The notes below the pieces were generated by a model. That model saw only the letters and a program-made list of their open reading frames with translations. It was not told the DNA's origin and made no database searches. A program made the position numbers and the translations under genes. A stretch of 62,731 nt of DNA, counting the filler, from Sluysia triapertura (Eukaryota), in NCBI GenBank assembly GCA_046118255.1. It is 4 parts of 4 records of this genome, joined end to end, with 100 filler letters (N's around TTAATTAATTAA, not from the genome) between each part and the next. Parts side by side here need not be neighbours in the genome. Positions count along the whole stretch, not along the records: positions 32,876 to 51,186 come from JBJNIA010158600.1; 3 more parts are not named here. One strand, written 5' to 3'. Of this stretch, positions 37,486 through 51,286 are shown in pieces; position 1 is the stretch's first letter; each line of letters starts with the position of its first letter.

Positions 37486-40400
37486 CTTTGGTTCTTGTGA
37501 AGATGTACTAGATGATTTATGACGTGAATTTTTTGAAGAATCTTGATTATCATCTTCTTGAGTTGACTTAGAACTTTTTCTCTGTACATTATCATTATCT
37601 GGAGGTCCAGAATAACTTCGTATATATTCTCTAACCTAAAGATAAATAAACTCTGAATTAGTTTGGAAACAATGTTTATGTAGAAAATTTCTATACATAA
37701 TTAAAATTTAAATAACTCAAATTTAACAAATTATTGTTTAAATATACATTATATACTTATTAAAATCATATGAGCATAGATTAAAATTTCAAATATAAAT
37801 TTATTTTATTTTATTACTTATTGCATTTAGCTGCTTTTTTGATAAGGCAGCTAATTCTGCCCAATCGCAGTGAGATATATTTCTCTGTTTGTTCGATGCA
37901 ACACTTCTTAGAAGACAGAAAATTTGAAGAAATTGATGATATAAAACTGATACTAGCTTTATACCAAAAGATATTTTAAAGCAATGAATTTTGCTAAATT
38001 TCATATTATCTATCTTTGGTTCATCAGTTTTTTACTTTTCCATTTCGGAATTAAACCAAAATTCCTCTTTACAATACTTTTTCATTTTAAAGATGCATGC
38101 TTATGTAAATAAAAGGATAATTTTGAACCAATATATTCAAATAATTTAATATAATCCTAATTATGTCTGTTAAATTTAATATCTTACGTGCAAATGAATG
38201 CAAATGGTTTTGGTTGAGTATAAATTAATATTAATTCTAGTTACTCAAAATTTATTCTTTATAATTGTTTAACTCTGGAATCTTACCGTTATCTGAATTT
38301 TAATCAAATAACTCCTTTATTGGTTTAATGTTAAAATTATTTCGCAATATTAACAACGCAAAGTACTTAAGTCTTGGCAATTCTATTATTATCTATTTGG
38401 TCTTTTTCTCTTGTATCTAAATAATTTAGTTTGAATTTATCAAATAACTTTTTATTCGATTCACTTAAATAATAACTCTTCTAGTAGTTCAAAATCGATT
38501 TCCTTTTTATAGTCTAAATCTGAAGGTTTGGTTCGATATTCGTTTCTGTTCTAATTAGAGTTTCGCGAATTATTCTAACCCTTACCAACAAACAAATAAA
38601 GAGACATAACATATATACAAACTAATATACTCACAACTAAAAGAAATTTTTTTATAAATGTTTTATTTATTTTAATTTTAGAAATAAAATTTCTATACTG
38701 TACAACTGATGCAGGAAAATTACAGTTATTTAGTTTGCCATTTTATATTGCTTGCTAGATTCAGTTCACTAAAAGTTGCTTGATCACAAAATCAATATTT
38801 TTCGCAAAATTCCGAATATCGTTTAATTATTTATTAGATATTTGTCTCGAAATCAACGTTTTACATCAAATTCAAATATTGTTCAATATTAAAATCCAAT
38901 ATTATCTAACTATCAGTACACTAAACTCGAATTATTTTCTTATTAAATTCCTGTCTATCGTGTACTTATACTGTAAATTTTATAATTTTCCTGCATACAA
39001 AATTTTTAACATATAAATTATAATTTTCCCGCATATTAAGATATCTATTCAACAAAATTATTTACATAAATATTACTTATTTATTTTATTATTATAAAAA
39101 AAGTATTTAGTAGCCATTCAATGTAATTTTTTACTTATAAATTTAGTAGCACATATTCATATGATATGCAAAGTTTTTAAATTTTTTTCATTATTTATTA
39201 TTACTGAAAATTGTATGTATACTATTCATTAAAAGTTTGCTATTTACTAAATTTTTTGATTATTAACATTCAATGTACGTTACAATTCATTAGCATAATC
39301 ATATACAATTCTTTTAATAATTTATCATTAGCAAATTCATTTATAATTTTTTTCATCCATTTATTAATATTAATATTAACCATTATTCAAATATTAACAT
39401 TATTTTCCTTTGTTAACATAATTGATAATTATTTTTATTTTTAAATTTGTATTGGCTCATCAAGATTCAAACATTCATTTACATTTAGAATCTGCATTGT
39501 CTCCTCATCATTTTCTCATCATATGTAATTATTTTCACTAAGGAAAATTATTGTTGAGTTGTATTTTGTTCAAGTTTTTCTTATTTTAAGAACTTAACAA
39601 TTATGATTTTTATAATCTTATCGGGTTCGCCAATAATTCAAGGTTTATTTCCCACGGAAGACTTGATTATTGGTTAGTGAATATTACTGCGTAAAAGTTG
39701 TCCTTATTCCTTTAGATAGAGGGTCCTCAGATATTTTATTATTTAACAACGGATTTCTTTTTATTCCTTTAAATAAATGATAAACAAAGGCCAGTACTTG
39801 TTGTACTCTATGAATTTTTATTAAGATATACAAAAAACTCTTTTACAAAAATTACAATTTTCTTTTGGAACATTGTCTTACACGGTCAAATTGTTCAATT
39901 TTACATGATTCTGTTATCTCTGACACGCAAAAGAATCTAAATAATCGTCAGCCTTTGCAAATCTACAGAAAATTGTGTCCCGTTTTTTAGTATTTTTATA
40001 CTTTCTTCTATTTGTGTGATTCATGATTTGTTTTTTTGCTTAACCGTGTGCGCAAACAAGAAAAAGGATATCGAGTCATGTTGCAATCCCAGTGCCAAGC
40101 ACGAGTATTTATGACAAACTGTGTGTGTATTGATCTTGAAATAATAAATCTTAGATAAACAATAACACTCAAAACAGAAAAGACAAAGCGAATAACTTCG
40201 TACAATTTAGAATTGGCAGCGAATGGAATGTGAAACATTAACAAACATAATATTGCACTTTTGATGTAACGAATTACAATTTATTTTTGCTAAATAATTA
40301 GAAATGTTATTATCATAATATTTAATTTATAAGAATCAGAAAAATACATTGTGTTATTAAAAATGTGCTTATTTTATTTATGGGGTCATGATTTTTTATT

Positions 40401-40517
40401 AAGTTGGGCCGCCAAAAATATATATGTTGAAATGGGGCGCACGCCAGATATAATGCAATGTTTTTTAAATGATTAGTTAATAATAATCGCAACTAATGAA
40501 ATTTACAGAAAACTAAC

Positions 40518-43028
40518 CAATCACATTCAAATGAATAGGAGATGTATAAATCCTATGTTTTGAATTAAATTTCGTACTCATAACAAAATAAAATCCTGTA
40601 TCTTCTAGTTGTACACCCTGTATTAATAAATTATCAATGGCATCCGAGTAGCCCACTTTTCTGAATCGATATTGTGTACCAGCCAGATCATTATTATCAC
40701 CATTATTTGATACTGTTGATATTGTTGTTGTTGATGATGATGATGATGATGAATAAGATGATGATAAGTAAGACGATGATGATGAAGCTAAATGTAATGG
40801 CCTATTGTCATAAGCGTAATTATTTTTGTTCCTGCTGAAATACCAACCCATTTTTATTAAATCGGGATTCGATTGGTCTAAGTTGTAGCACACTGGCAAT
40901 TCAATCGTGTCGCTCTGGATATAGATATAGTTAATAAATAACTTGCATATTAATTCAAGACATTATATTATTATTATTATCATTATTATTATTATTTAAT
41001 CATGCTTTCTCCGTATTTAAATTATATTGTATATATTAAGTATATTCTGCGTAAAAGTACAAAACAGAAAATATAAACAACAGAATGTTTCTCGATCGAA
41101 TGTATCGTCCAATAAATATGTTTGGTGATCATTTGAAAAGTAAATCCTAGCAGCGTTGCCAACGTGCGGCGTGTTCAATAAAGCGTTCATTGTTAATAAA
41201 TAATAGTGAAGAACTTTGAAAGTTAAGAATAAAGAATTCATTTGAGAAGATGTGAAATAAAACATACGGGTGAAACTTTTACAAAAAATTTGTTTTATTT
41301 AACACCGTAACTTGTAAACTTTATAAATCTATTTCTTAATTTTCTATATTTACCTAGATATAAATGACATTGTCAATCGATAAATAAAGCACAACAATTA
41401 TAATTACATATGTATATAGTATCAATGACTCGAAAATAGCTTCTGCAAATATTTGACATTCGAAAAATGTGCAAATGCAACGTATTTTTGGAAGTTATTT
41501 CAATAACAACTCTAATTGTTAATATGGTATCATCATCAGCANNNNNNNNNNNNNNNNNNNNNNNNNNNNNNNNNNNNNNNNNNNNNNNNNNNNNNNNNNN
41601 NNNNNNNNNNNNNNNNNNNNNNNNNNNNNNNNNNNNNNNNNNNNNNNNNNNNNNNNNNNNNNNNNNNNNNNNNNNNNNNNNNNNNNNNNNNNNNNNNNNN
41701 NNNNNNTCATCATTATCTTCATCATAATTATCATCATCATCGTCATCATCATCATAACTATGATCATTATAGTAAAATTATAAAATTAACTTTTCCCAGG
41801 CAGATAACCCTACACACCTTAATTCTTTTCTTTTATCAAATCTAATTTTATTTTAACCTTTTCAACTGTTTCAAATACTTCTTCAAATTGTTAAGGAATC
41901 TTGGTCCCTACTACCATCGCTGTTGCAAGTTGCCAACAGATATAATGGCGCCAATCAATGGCTCTTCTTAGACACATTGAAATTCTTCATGCAATCAAGA
42001 ATGATAATGATAATAATAATAATAATAATAATAATAACAGAATAAGAAACACTTCAAATATCTTCAAAAACTACCGATTATTATGAGTAGTTCGATTTCA
42101 TATGTAGTAATAACACAACTTAGAATAATAAAACAGCATAAAAAAATATTCAAATAAAAAACAATTTGCCACAGAAAAGTAAAAAATTCATCCAAATATC
42201 TGATATATGGGTTTATATATAGAAAATAATTAATAATACTTTACAAATAATCGATGTGTTGTTTTGAGTTTGAATAAATACATTTCATTCTTCAATAATA
42301 TAAATTTAGATAAAGTTAGCATTTTTTGTTTATGAAATTATAAACATATTTTAATGTGCATCATATTCAAATATATAAACATCACTATTAACATTATCAC
42401 CAATAATCATTATTATTAATATTATTATCATGATTATTAATATCGTCATTATTAATAATATTATTATTAATATTATCATTATTATTAATATTATTATCAT
42501 TATTAATATTGTCATTATTATTTATATTATCATTATTGTTATCATTATATTATCATCATTATTAACATTATTATCATTAGCATCATCATTATTAATATTA
42601 CCATTATCATCATTATCATCATTATTAATATTATCATTATTATTATCATCATCAGTTCTTACTTTATAAACTGTGATATTATTGATTGAACAGTGATCTA
42701 TCGATTTCACTCCGCTTGTATAACTCCACTGAATCATCTTTATTTCTGCTTTCTGATTCGGATCGTCATACAATGAATTATTGTAAAGATGTTGCAGTAC
42801 ACAACGCGCAGAAAAATCCTCGAAATCTTTATTGGTAATATTACGAATGTGTAGCATTGGTGCACTACTGGAAGCTCGAATGACACTATAACGACCGGCT
42901 AAACAACGAATATACGAAATAGATTATTTTAGAAACAGGAAATTTCAATCCAAACTAATTAGTTAATTAATAAAATAAATAAACATTATAAATATTGAAC
43001 ACTGATCAAAAATATGATAATGTAAACC

Positions 43029-43086
<58 letters not shown>

Positions 43087-43994
43087 TAATAATTATAATG
43101 ATAATTATAATGATAATAAAAATGGTGATAATGATNNNNNNNNNNNNNNNNNNNNNNNNNNNNNNNNNNNNNNNNNNNNNNNNNNNNNNNNNNNNNNNNN
43201 NNNNNNNNNNNNNNNNNNNNNNNNNNNNNNNNNNNNNNNNNNNNNNNNNNNNNNNNNNNNNNNNNNNNNNNNNNNNNNNNNNNNNNNNNNNNNNNNNNNN
43301 NNTGATAATAATGATTATCATATTAATAATAATAATGATAATCATATTAATAATGATAATAATATAAGATTTCAATCAAATGGATCTGTTTTCATTCAAA
43401 TTGGATTTAATAAATTTATGCATTAAAAAATTTTGATTCAAAATTATGATTTATCTTGCTTCAACATTTTTCTTAAATGCAGCAATAAAAGTGTGTTACC
43501 TGGCCTAATGTAACGATAAGGCCTAAGCGTGGACGTGCTTGAAGAGAAGAAGCACCTTATGTTCCGCAAAAAGTCGTAACTTCTTTGTGATTGCAGCCAT
43601 GAGGAAGTACAGTATGATTTACCATCAAATCTTCCAATCTGCGGTGAATGGAGATAGTAATGGAAATAAAGGTTGGATATAGGATCCTACATTCATCCTT
43701 TATAATGCTAGAATACATCACTACAGGGATTAGCTGAAACAATTAGTTCCCTAAATTTAGTAATGCTATACCTTCCTCCCTTATTACCGCTTCCTAAACC
43801 CTATTGAACAAATATTCTCTCTTTGGAAAACCATGTTCTTCGTAGTTGTGCTAAAAATGAAAATGAATTTATAATAGATTTGGTCAGGTAACACACTTTC
43901 ATTGTGATGCTGCTGAGTTTAGAAAAATGTTGAAGCAAGAGAAATCATACAATTTTAAATCAAAACTTTTTTAATCCACTTTGGTTGAAAAACC

Positions 43995-44050
<56 letters not shown>

Positions 44051-45503
44051 TAATAATAATGTAAAATTTATAATAAGTTTTAAGAAATGCTAATATGAGT
44101 ATTTGTAATATAAATTTGTAATTTTTAATGATGATTTAGACTCCTCCAATAATATCCTCACTTAGTATTACTGCTTGAATTCAACTATAACTACAATTCT
44201 CCTATAAACGTAAGATTTAAGATACTATATTATGGAGATCTGCTACGAACGTTACTATAGTTAATAAATCAAATAATTTCCATTTGTGAATTGTCTGAAG
44301 GTATGACGTGCGAAAGTTATACTCATCAATTATGTACTGTAATAAAAATAGAATCCTGTTCTATTTAAAGAGTCTGAGCTCAAATTTAAAAACAAATGTT
44401 AGCTTTGACTTGTTTTCTATTATTATAATTTTATTCATCCCGTGGGGCTATCTTAGACCAAAATTTGTTGACTATAACAATTCGAAATTTATTCGAAATA
44501 TAACTAAGTTTTAATTTTCAAAGTTCTATCAAAAATTTATATTTTATTATTCAGACAAAATATAAAATTACTTACTGTTTCAATTAGGATCGGAATGTTC
44601 AATTAATTTCTATTTGTAATAAATGTTCAATCGTCAGCAATGCGTCTCGATAAATTCAATTTTTTCAATAAATTCTTCAATTTAAATTCCTCAACTACGA
44701 CTTATAATTAACTTTGCCTTCTATTTTATTTTCAGTAACATTATTAATACTATTATTTTTTTATAATAGTAATAGTTATTATTCATGTAATAGTTAACAA
44801 ATATATACAAGTAATAAGTAGTAATACTAATTTTCCATCTGAATAATTTATTTCTCTGTTTATTATTCTGTCTTTTCTACCCAATCTTTAATTTAAATTA
44901 ATTTTAATCGAGAATAATGTTACTAATTTTTAATTACATACAAGTTTTATTCAATCTCGTATTAAAATGATTGTTATTGAACTTTATGTTTTTAAAGTTT
45001 GATTTTACTTTCTCTTTATAGAATCTCATTTTAAAATGATTATTTATTTAATTTCAATTTAAAATTGGTAACTATTTGTTATTAAATTTCGAATTTATAT
45101 TAACTCTATTAAATCTCACTTTAAATTGATATAAAAGAATTATAATGATAATAACAATTTTAATTTTATTATTTTAAGAAATAAATTTAAATTAAATGGT
45201 TTTTGATTCGATTAAAAATTTTGAAATATAAATTTCAAAATAGATGAATATTATGTTACAATAATAATAATGATAATAATAACAATAATATTAATAATGA
45301 TAATAATAATGATGATAATAATAATGATAATATCTTACTAGAATTGACTATCCGATACTCTTCTCCATTTTGCACAACCACCCAATGACTTAGTTTGTAG
45401 AAGTGATCAATTTCATTAAGCAAAGAACACTTGACACTTGCTTTCGAGTGTTTGATCACGTGCGGATTTTCATAGTTTAGTCGTACTGCATCCACTGCAT
45501 CCA
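40518..45503 (-). CDS. Immunoglobulin-superfamily-like protein, internal exons 45503-45339, 42898-42663, 40914-40518
   Basis: Spliced Ig pattern SVKC..W..GRYSV..LHIRNITNKDFEDFSARC, then LPVC..GWYF..NLLIQGVQLEDTGFYFV..LNV; junction phases compatible. Confidence 0.65.
43422..43975. mobile_element. MITE or internally deleted TIR element with ~85-95 bp inverted arms
   Basis: Arms 43422-43505 and 43882-43975; perfect 20-nt inverted match 43454-43473 with 43921-43940, plus AAAGTGTGTTACCTG/CAGGTAACACACTTT. Confidence 0.75.
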
Positions 45504-46099
45504 CTGAAAATGGAATAGAATCAGATAAATAATCAGTGTTTTTTAAAGATAATGTATTTTTTATTAAATGTTGTATTCAAACAAATGGCAAAAAAGGAGA
45601 CAAAAATTGAGGTTCTGATGGTAGATAGATGAAAAGATAGATTAGATTAGATAGAAAGATAGAAATAGAGAAAGATGTGAGAATTAATAAAACCCATTTA
45701 CAAATTAAAGCTCTTTTGTTATTTCAAATATATCTATGAACATCATAATCATCTTCGAAAAGAAGCATCTTAAATGACAGATGGACTTAATTAATTAGTA
45801 AAAACGAAAATGAAGAAATAGATACTAACAAGGACACACCAACAATTAACTGTAAATAAATGAATATAAAGTATAAAATATTTCGTATATCAAGAAATGT
45901 ATGTCCAAAAATACTTCGAAAAACAGAAGAAAAATCAGAAAAACATGAAATTTAATAAAACAGAAATGAAAAATGAACAAAAAAAACAATATTATATTAA
46001 TAAGAAATAGAACAAACAATACAATAGAATAAAATAAAGAAAAAATATGCTATTTGTAAGAAATAACTAAAAAACTACTACTACAAGAAAATATTTACA

Positions 46100-46400
46100 A
46101 CTTATGCCAGGAGCTGCCATACTGTATTTCCTTCCCGGAGGCAAGCGATGATTTTTCAGAAAAGTTTTAACGTACGAGTTAGGGTTAAATTCTTCCAAAG
46201 ATTTCCAATTTAAGCAGATCGTCATAAAATCCGAAACGAGTTTCATTGTAACGATATTATTCATCGAACTAAAAGCTCATTCAGCTTAGCGCCGCTAACT
46301 GCGATTGTTTCCATAATGACTTTGGCTTTATTTCACGGTGTTGGGAATTTCGATTTGGAATTTTCCAGCCAGTGCATTTTCTACTAAATCTCTAAAATCA
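46100..46400 (-). mobile_element. hAT transposase C-terminal dimerisation-domain relic
   Basis: Across a frameshift and a CGA>TGA stop it reads ETIAVSGA(E)AE(R)AFSSMNNIVT...LEEFNPNSYVKTFL. Confidence 0.65.
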
Positions 46401-46883
46401 TTTATTTTAATTTCATTTTTCAAAATAAAATTCGAAGTTCTTCCATATTCCACGTTTCAGGATAATATACATTAAATGTTTTTCAAGAACAAGGGGCTCA
46501 CAAATCATAGAATAATTTAACAAAGGGCTCTCGCGAGACCCTTATATCAAGTATTAAACATATAATCCAAATGCGGAATTAACACCGGAGAATTAAATTA
46601 CATTTTCATTTAGTCATCCGTGTGCATTTCAGCAATCAATATAATGAATGAATCAAATTCCAGCTTTTGTAAATGCTATTTTTGTGATAAAATTCAACAT
46701 TTTCAAGGATAAACTATTAATCAAAAGTGCATAAAAACATTGTAAAATTTGGAAAAAAACTACTTTCTCCAAAAAATTCTGGTGAAGGTAAAATAATATA
46801 TAAAAATACTGAGATCCAAGACATACAGAAATTTTATTCATGTAGAATGTGATAACACAATTTACTATGTACAAACTGTTGTA

Positions 46884-47087
46884 TCAGTACTTTGTTTGCC
46901 ATCCTTTGTTATCCAATAACTTCCTGATCTTTAAAGGCGCATGCCACAAATTGATCTCGTCATCGTGATACCATACTTTTATCAGGGTTTCAATAAGTTC
47001 CTTCCTGGTGGTTGGTTTATGGGTAGAAACTCTCCTTTTGACAATATCCCACAGATTTTCTATGATATTCGTGTCTGGAGAGAGCAA
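46884..47087 (-). mobile_element. Tc1/mariner transposase C-terminal relic
   Basis: SPDTNIIENLWDIVKRRV...KGWQTKY, compare consensus SPDLNPIENLW...GGxTKY. Confidence 0.85.
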
Positions 47088-50000
47088 ATATTAAGAATCC
47101 CAAAGAAAAACATATATTTCCTGTTTTAGTCTAATAATTTGTCCACCACTGTAATTCTTCACATACTATCAACCCTCACAATATGTAAAATAAGAGTAAT
47201 AAATAATTTAATTTAATTTAATTATTTTGTCATTCCGGTAATCTATTTAACATAAAAATTGAAACATTTATATGTCAAAAATGATCCGATAAGAAACTGT
47301 TTACATTTCGTATTTTTATTTGCATCGAGCCATCATTATCGTCAAGTTCGGACCATTGTACTATATGCCATGTATGCATATTATTTTATAGGAGTTTTGC
47401 AAGTGTAAAATCGTAAACAAATAGGAATATTCGTGTTATTATATTGGTAAGCTAGAATTTAGAATTTTTTTAATTTGCTTTAATTAAACATATAATTTTG
47501 AAAATAATTCATAGAAAAAATTATGGTATCTACTTCACGAAAACACGCTCGAAGCAAAAGTTCAATCGATTCTGAAATTAGCTTTCTTAATTGTGAAAAT
47601 TTTGTGTTTTCGCTGGAATTAAATATGACTTGTAGAGGATTCAATGGAAATAAAATATGACCTCGAAGTGTTCTTTTGTAATATTTTCGTAAATAATAAA
47701 ACGTAGTGTGGCGGCCAACACCCATAATTCAAAGTTCTTTAACATTCAAATCATAATCACACTCAACATTAACATATCAGAATAACCAGTTCACAAAAAT
47801 ACAACACCCAAATTAATCACATCCCACATTATCGAATTACATTAACTGATTCATCTTAAACAACATTCGACAATTATAATATTTCAACAACATATACCTT
47901 CCAAACAATTCATCTCATACATTAATAGAGTGTCAATATTGATGATGGTAATCATCAAGATTCATTATTTTACACTGTCATCCAATCACTGTGCATACCA
48001 TCTAGTTTATCATTTCGAAGTCGTGATTGGATGGCCAACCACAATCCATTGAGTAATAAAAATTTTAGTACTATTATTGGCACAAAAAATTAATAATACC
48101 AAAATTTTTACACAATTAGCAGACAGTAATCGTTTAAATTGTCATCCTTACAAATTATAATATAAAAAAGATAATTGATCAGATCTCGCTCAATGTATAA
48201 CAAATCGTTGGCGAAGAATTTGATAAATGTTTCAATACTACCGCAATGCAATGACTATGATGAAATTCCTCTATACCAAAAACAAGAAGCCGAACATGTT
48301 TCGAATGATTACATGACAATATCCTTCTATAATCACAATAAAGTTCAGATCCAAATAACTATCTTTTATGATGTTCCCAACCATCATCCAAGTAATCTTA
48401 ACAATATTTTACAGATTCAGAACAGTTTTGATAAAGATTCACACCTCCCAGGTGAATACCATCTCTGTGCCAAAGCATTTTGGATAGACGATAAAAAAAT
48501 GAAATTAAAAATCGTAATAAGAAATTAACTATAAGTCACTGTAAAATTGACAAACCCACGTACAAAATCAAAAAGTTAAGACTGATTTAATCGACTAAAA
48601 CTTACTTGTTTGATTATTATATCAAAATCTTCTTTTTCAAATAATGTGATCGTGATTAATCTTGAAATTCATTCTCGAAGTTTTATTATAAACATAATTT
48701 GTTATAAAAATATTTATACATTGATAACATGTTATAAATTTCCAATAGTTTTTATTCTAAATTACGTTATCAATGAAATGAAACAGGAACAATTATTCGT
48801 GTCAAAGGTTTTCCTCCTAACGATTTATGGCCTATTCATACTTAGAAGAAAAAGTAAATCAAGTCTATCGCTTATGAGCAATAAACATATAATTAATGAA
48901 ATAATTTTTAGAGATCAATCAAAAGGAACTAGATCATTAATTTCTATATTCATCACATATATTGATACAGACACAAATATCCTATCATATCTATCACTTG
49001 TGAAATTTTCTATATTTTTGTCACGATCTAAGAAGTATCCGTCAAGAATAACTAATCGGAATTCGGTCAAATCGTTACTTTTAAGAAAAGAAATCGTCAT
49101 TCCAAGAAATTCAACAACGCCACGAGACGACTTGATAATTCTATTAGTTTCAAGCCAAGAATTGATTGTAACATTGTTAGTCGAAGGAAGTCCAAAATCA
49201 TCCACAAATACAGCTTGTACATTTAAATTTAAGAAGATTACATTTGGTAAGACTTCATACGTAAGATTTGACTTTTTACCTTTGTTATTCTGTATTTTAG
49301 ATAATAAAATTAGAATCTGGAACTGCTGGAGGCAACAAGATTTAGTGGAATATGAACTTAGAAAAATAAAGCAAATCTTTGATAAAAATAGATATCCATT
49401 TTTGTTCGAAAACACTGATTTAATTAAATTGTGTTTAGCTGTTTTAAAAAATAAAATGAATAGTTTTAGTCTAATGATTTCAAAAGTTAATATTTTATTT
49501 TTAAACATAAAATATCGTAAAACATTGAGATATCGATTTGAATTGACATTGTACAATACTCACAACCACGAACTTAAGTATATGTCATAATATATGATGT
49601 ATGTATTTTGTTAAAAGCAACCGTATTCATCTCTTTTATTCATAAAACATTATTATTAAACATTAATACGACCATCTTTGACATATCTATTACTTTAGAA
49701 CTACAAAACGTTAATCCATTCACAAACTTCTTTATTGATATTAATCATATTCGTTTCTGTTATGACATGGAGTATTTAAGAGTTTACTTAGTACACAAAA
49801 CTTACGGAATTACTAACCTGTGTAAACTATTCAAGGTTAATTTATTTAAAACATGTTTAGTTCTAAAATTTAATCTTGTAACATCATTTCAACATTGTGC
49901 AAACGTCAACTACCCAAAATGATTGGTACTGTGTTACACCGAATGATAGTTATGCAAACGTTTGCAAAACATAAAACTCATTAGGCTTCATTTAATTTGT

Positions 50001-51186
50001 GCCGTTCAGCAACTTTTTTCGATGATTATTTATGACTTTTTTATGATTTTCTTCAGAATTTTTATCAGTTCAATTTTTATCCAATAATTATAAATTTAAT
50101 TATCTTTGTAGATCCAATTATAAGAACATTCGAATCAATATTTTGAATTCTGACAGTTTTTCTTTGCTTTCTTTCTACATTCTCTTTTATATTTTCTTCT
50201 AATACTTCTTTGTTTACGTGGTTTTAGGGAGAAAAGAGGAGTAGGAGTGATAGAAAGTGTTAAAAAATGTAAGTTATAAGGGTAAATAAATAAAAGGTTA
50301 AGGAGAAGTAAAAGTGAGTAAAAAGAGACTTAAAAGAATTATGGTGGAGCCGAGAGAAGTTAATTGTTTTTTATAGAAATTTCATTTTGATAATCGTTGA
50401 ATTTTTTAATTGTAAAGATTTTAAGTTATAAGGGTTTTTAATTATGGAAATTTAATTTTTTAAGTTTTGTGGTTGTAATGTGATTGTATAGTTGTGTTGT
50501 GTTTATGTGTTGTGAAATGTTAAAATTTTGAGTGATCCGCTTTCACGGCAAAATTAATATAATATGATTTTGTATTTGATCTCCTTTAAATAAGATCTAA
50601 TAAAGTATATTTTATAAGCGTTAAAATCGGCCTTGAATGTAAATAGTAGAATGGTACAAAATGTACAACTCGATTAGGTTAAACTTGCCTCAATTGTTAA
50701 ATGAAAATTAAACTTATAAGGATTTTATTGATTTGTAAGTTTGATTTAAGATTTCAAACTATCCGGATTAAAATGATCTTTAAAAATAGAAGATTTTTCA
50801 ACCGAAACGTAGAATCAGCTTTATAAATTAATAACTGTAACATCTATGAAAGTTTATTAAAATTTTATTGATAATACGATAAAAAAATGGTAAATATTTG
50901 ACAAGTTATAAATGTTAATTTGTTAATATGCAATAAAATAATAAAACAGAATAAAAAACAGTTCGTGATCTCAGATGGAGAATAATTTTTATAAATACCG
51001 AGTTGAAATGTCTTTCAATGGTATTTAATAAAGTATGAGTTAATATTACGACACATAGAACGTATGTACCTAAAACAAAACTAAGTTGTAGTGGCCAACC
51101 CCCTAACTTAATAATAAAATAAAAATTCATCACATAAAACAACACCACTCATCACACCCTTCAAACATAAAACACCACTCAACTCA

Positions 51187-51286
51187 NNNNNNNNNNNNNN
51201 NNNNNNNNNNNNNNNNNNNNNNNNNNNNNNTTAATTAATTAANNNNNNNNNNNNNNNNNNNNNNNNNNNNNNNNNNNNNNNNNNNN
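51187..51286. other. Artificial contig linker
   Basis: N-TTAATTAATTAA-N. Confidence 0.97.

Noticed and set aside
41467-43426. Poly-N/I/M/H ORFs
   Set aside because: Products of (AAT)/(ATC) microsatellites and N gaps
46067-46264. Upstream exon of the IgSF gene
   Set aside because: Better explained as a hAT dimerisation-domain relic
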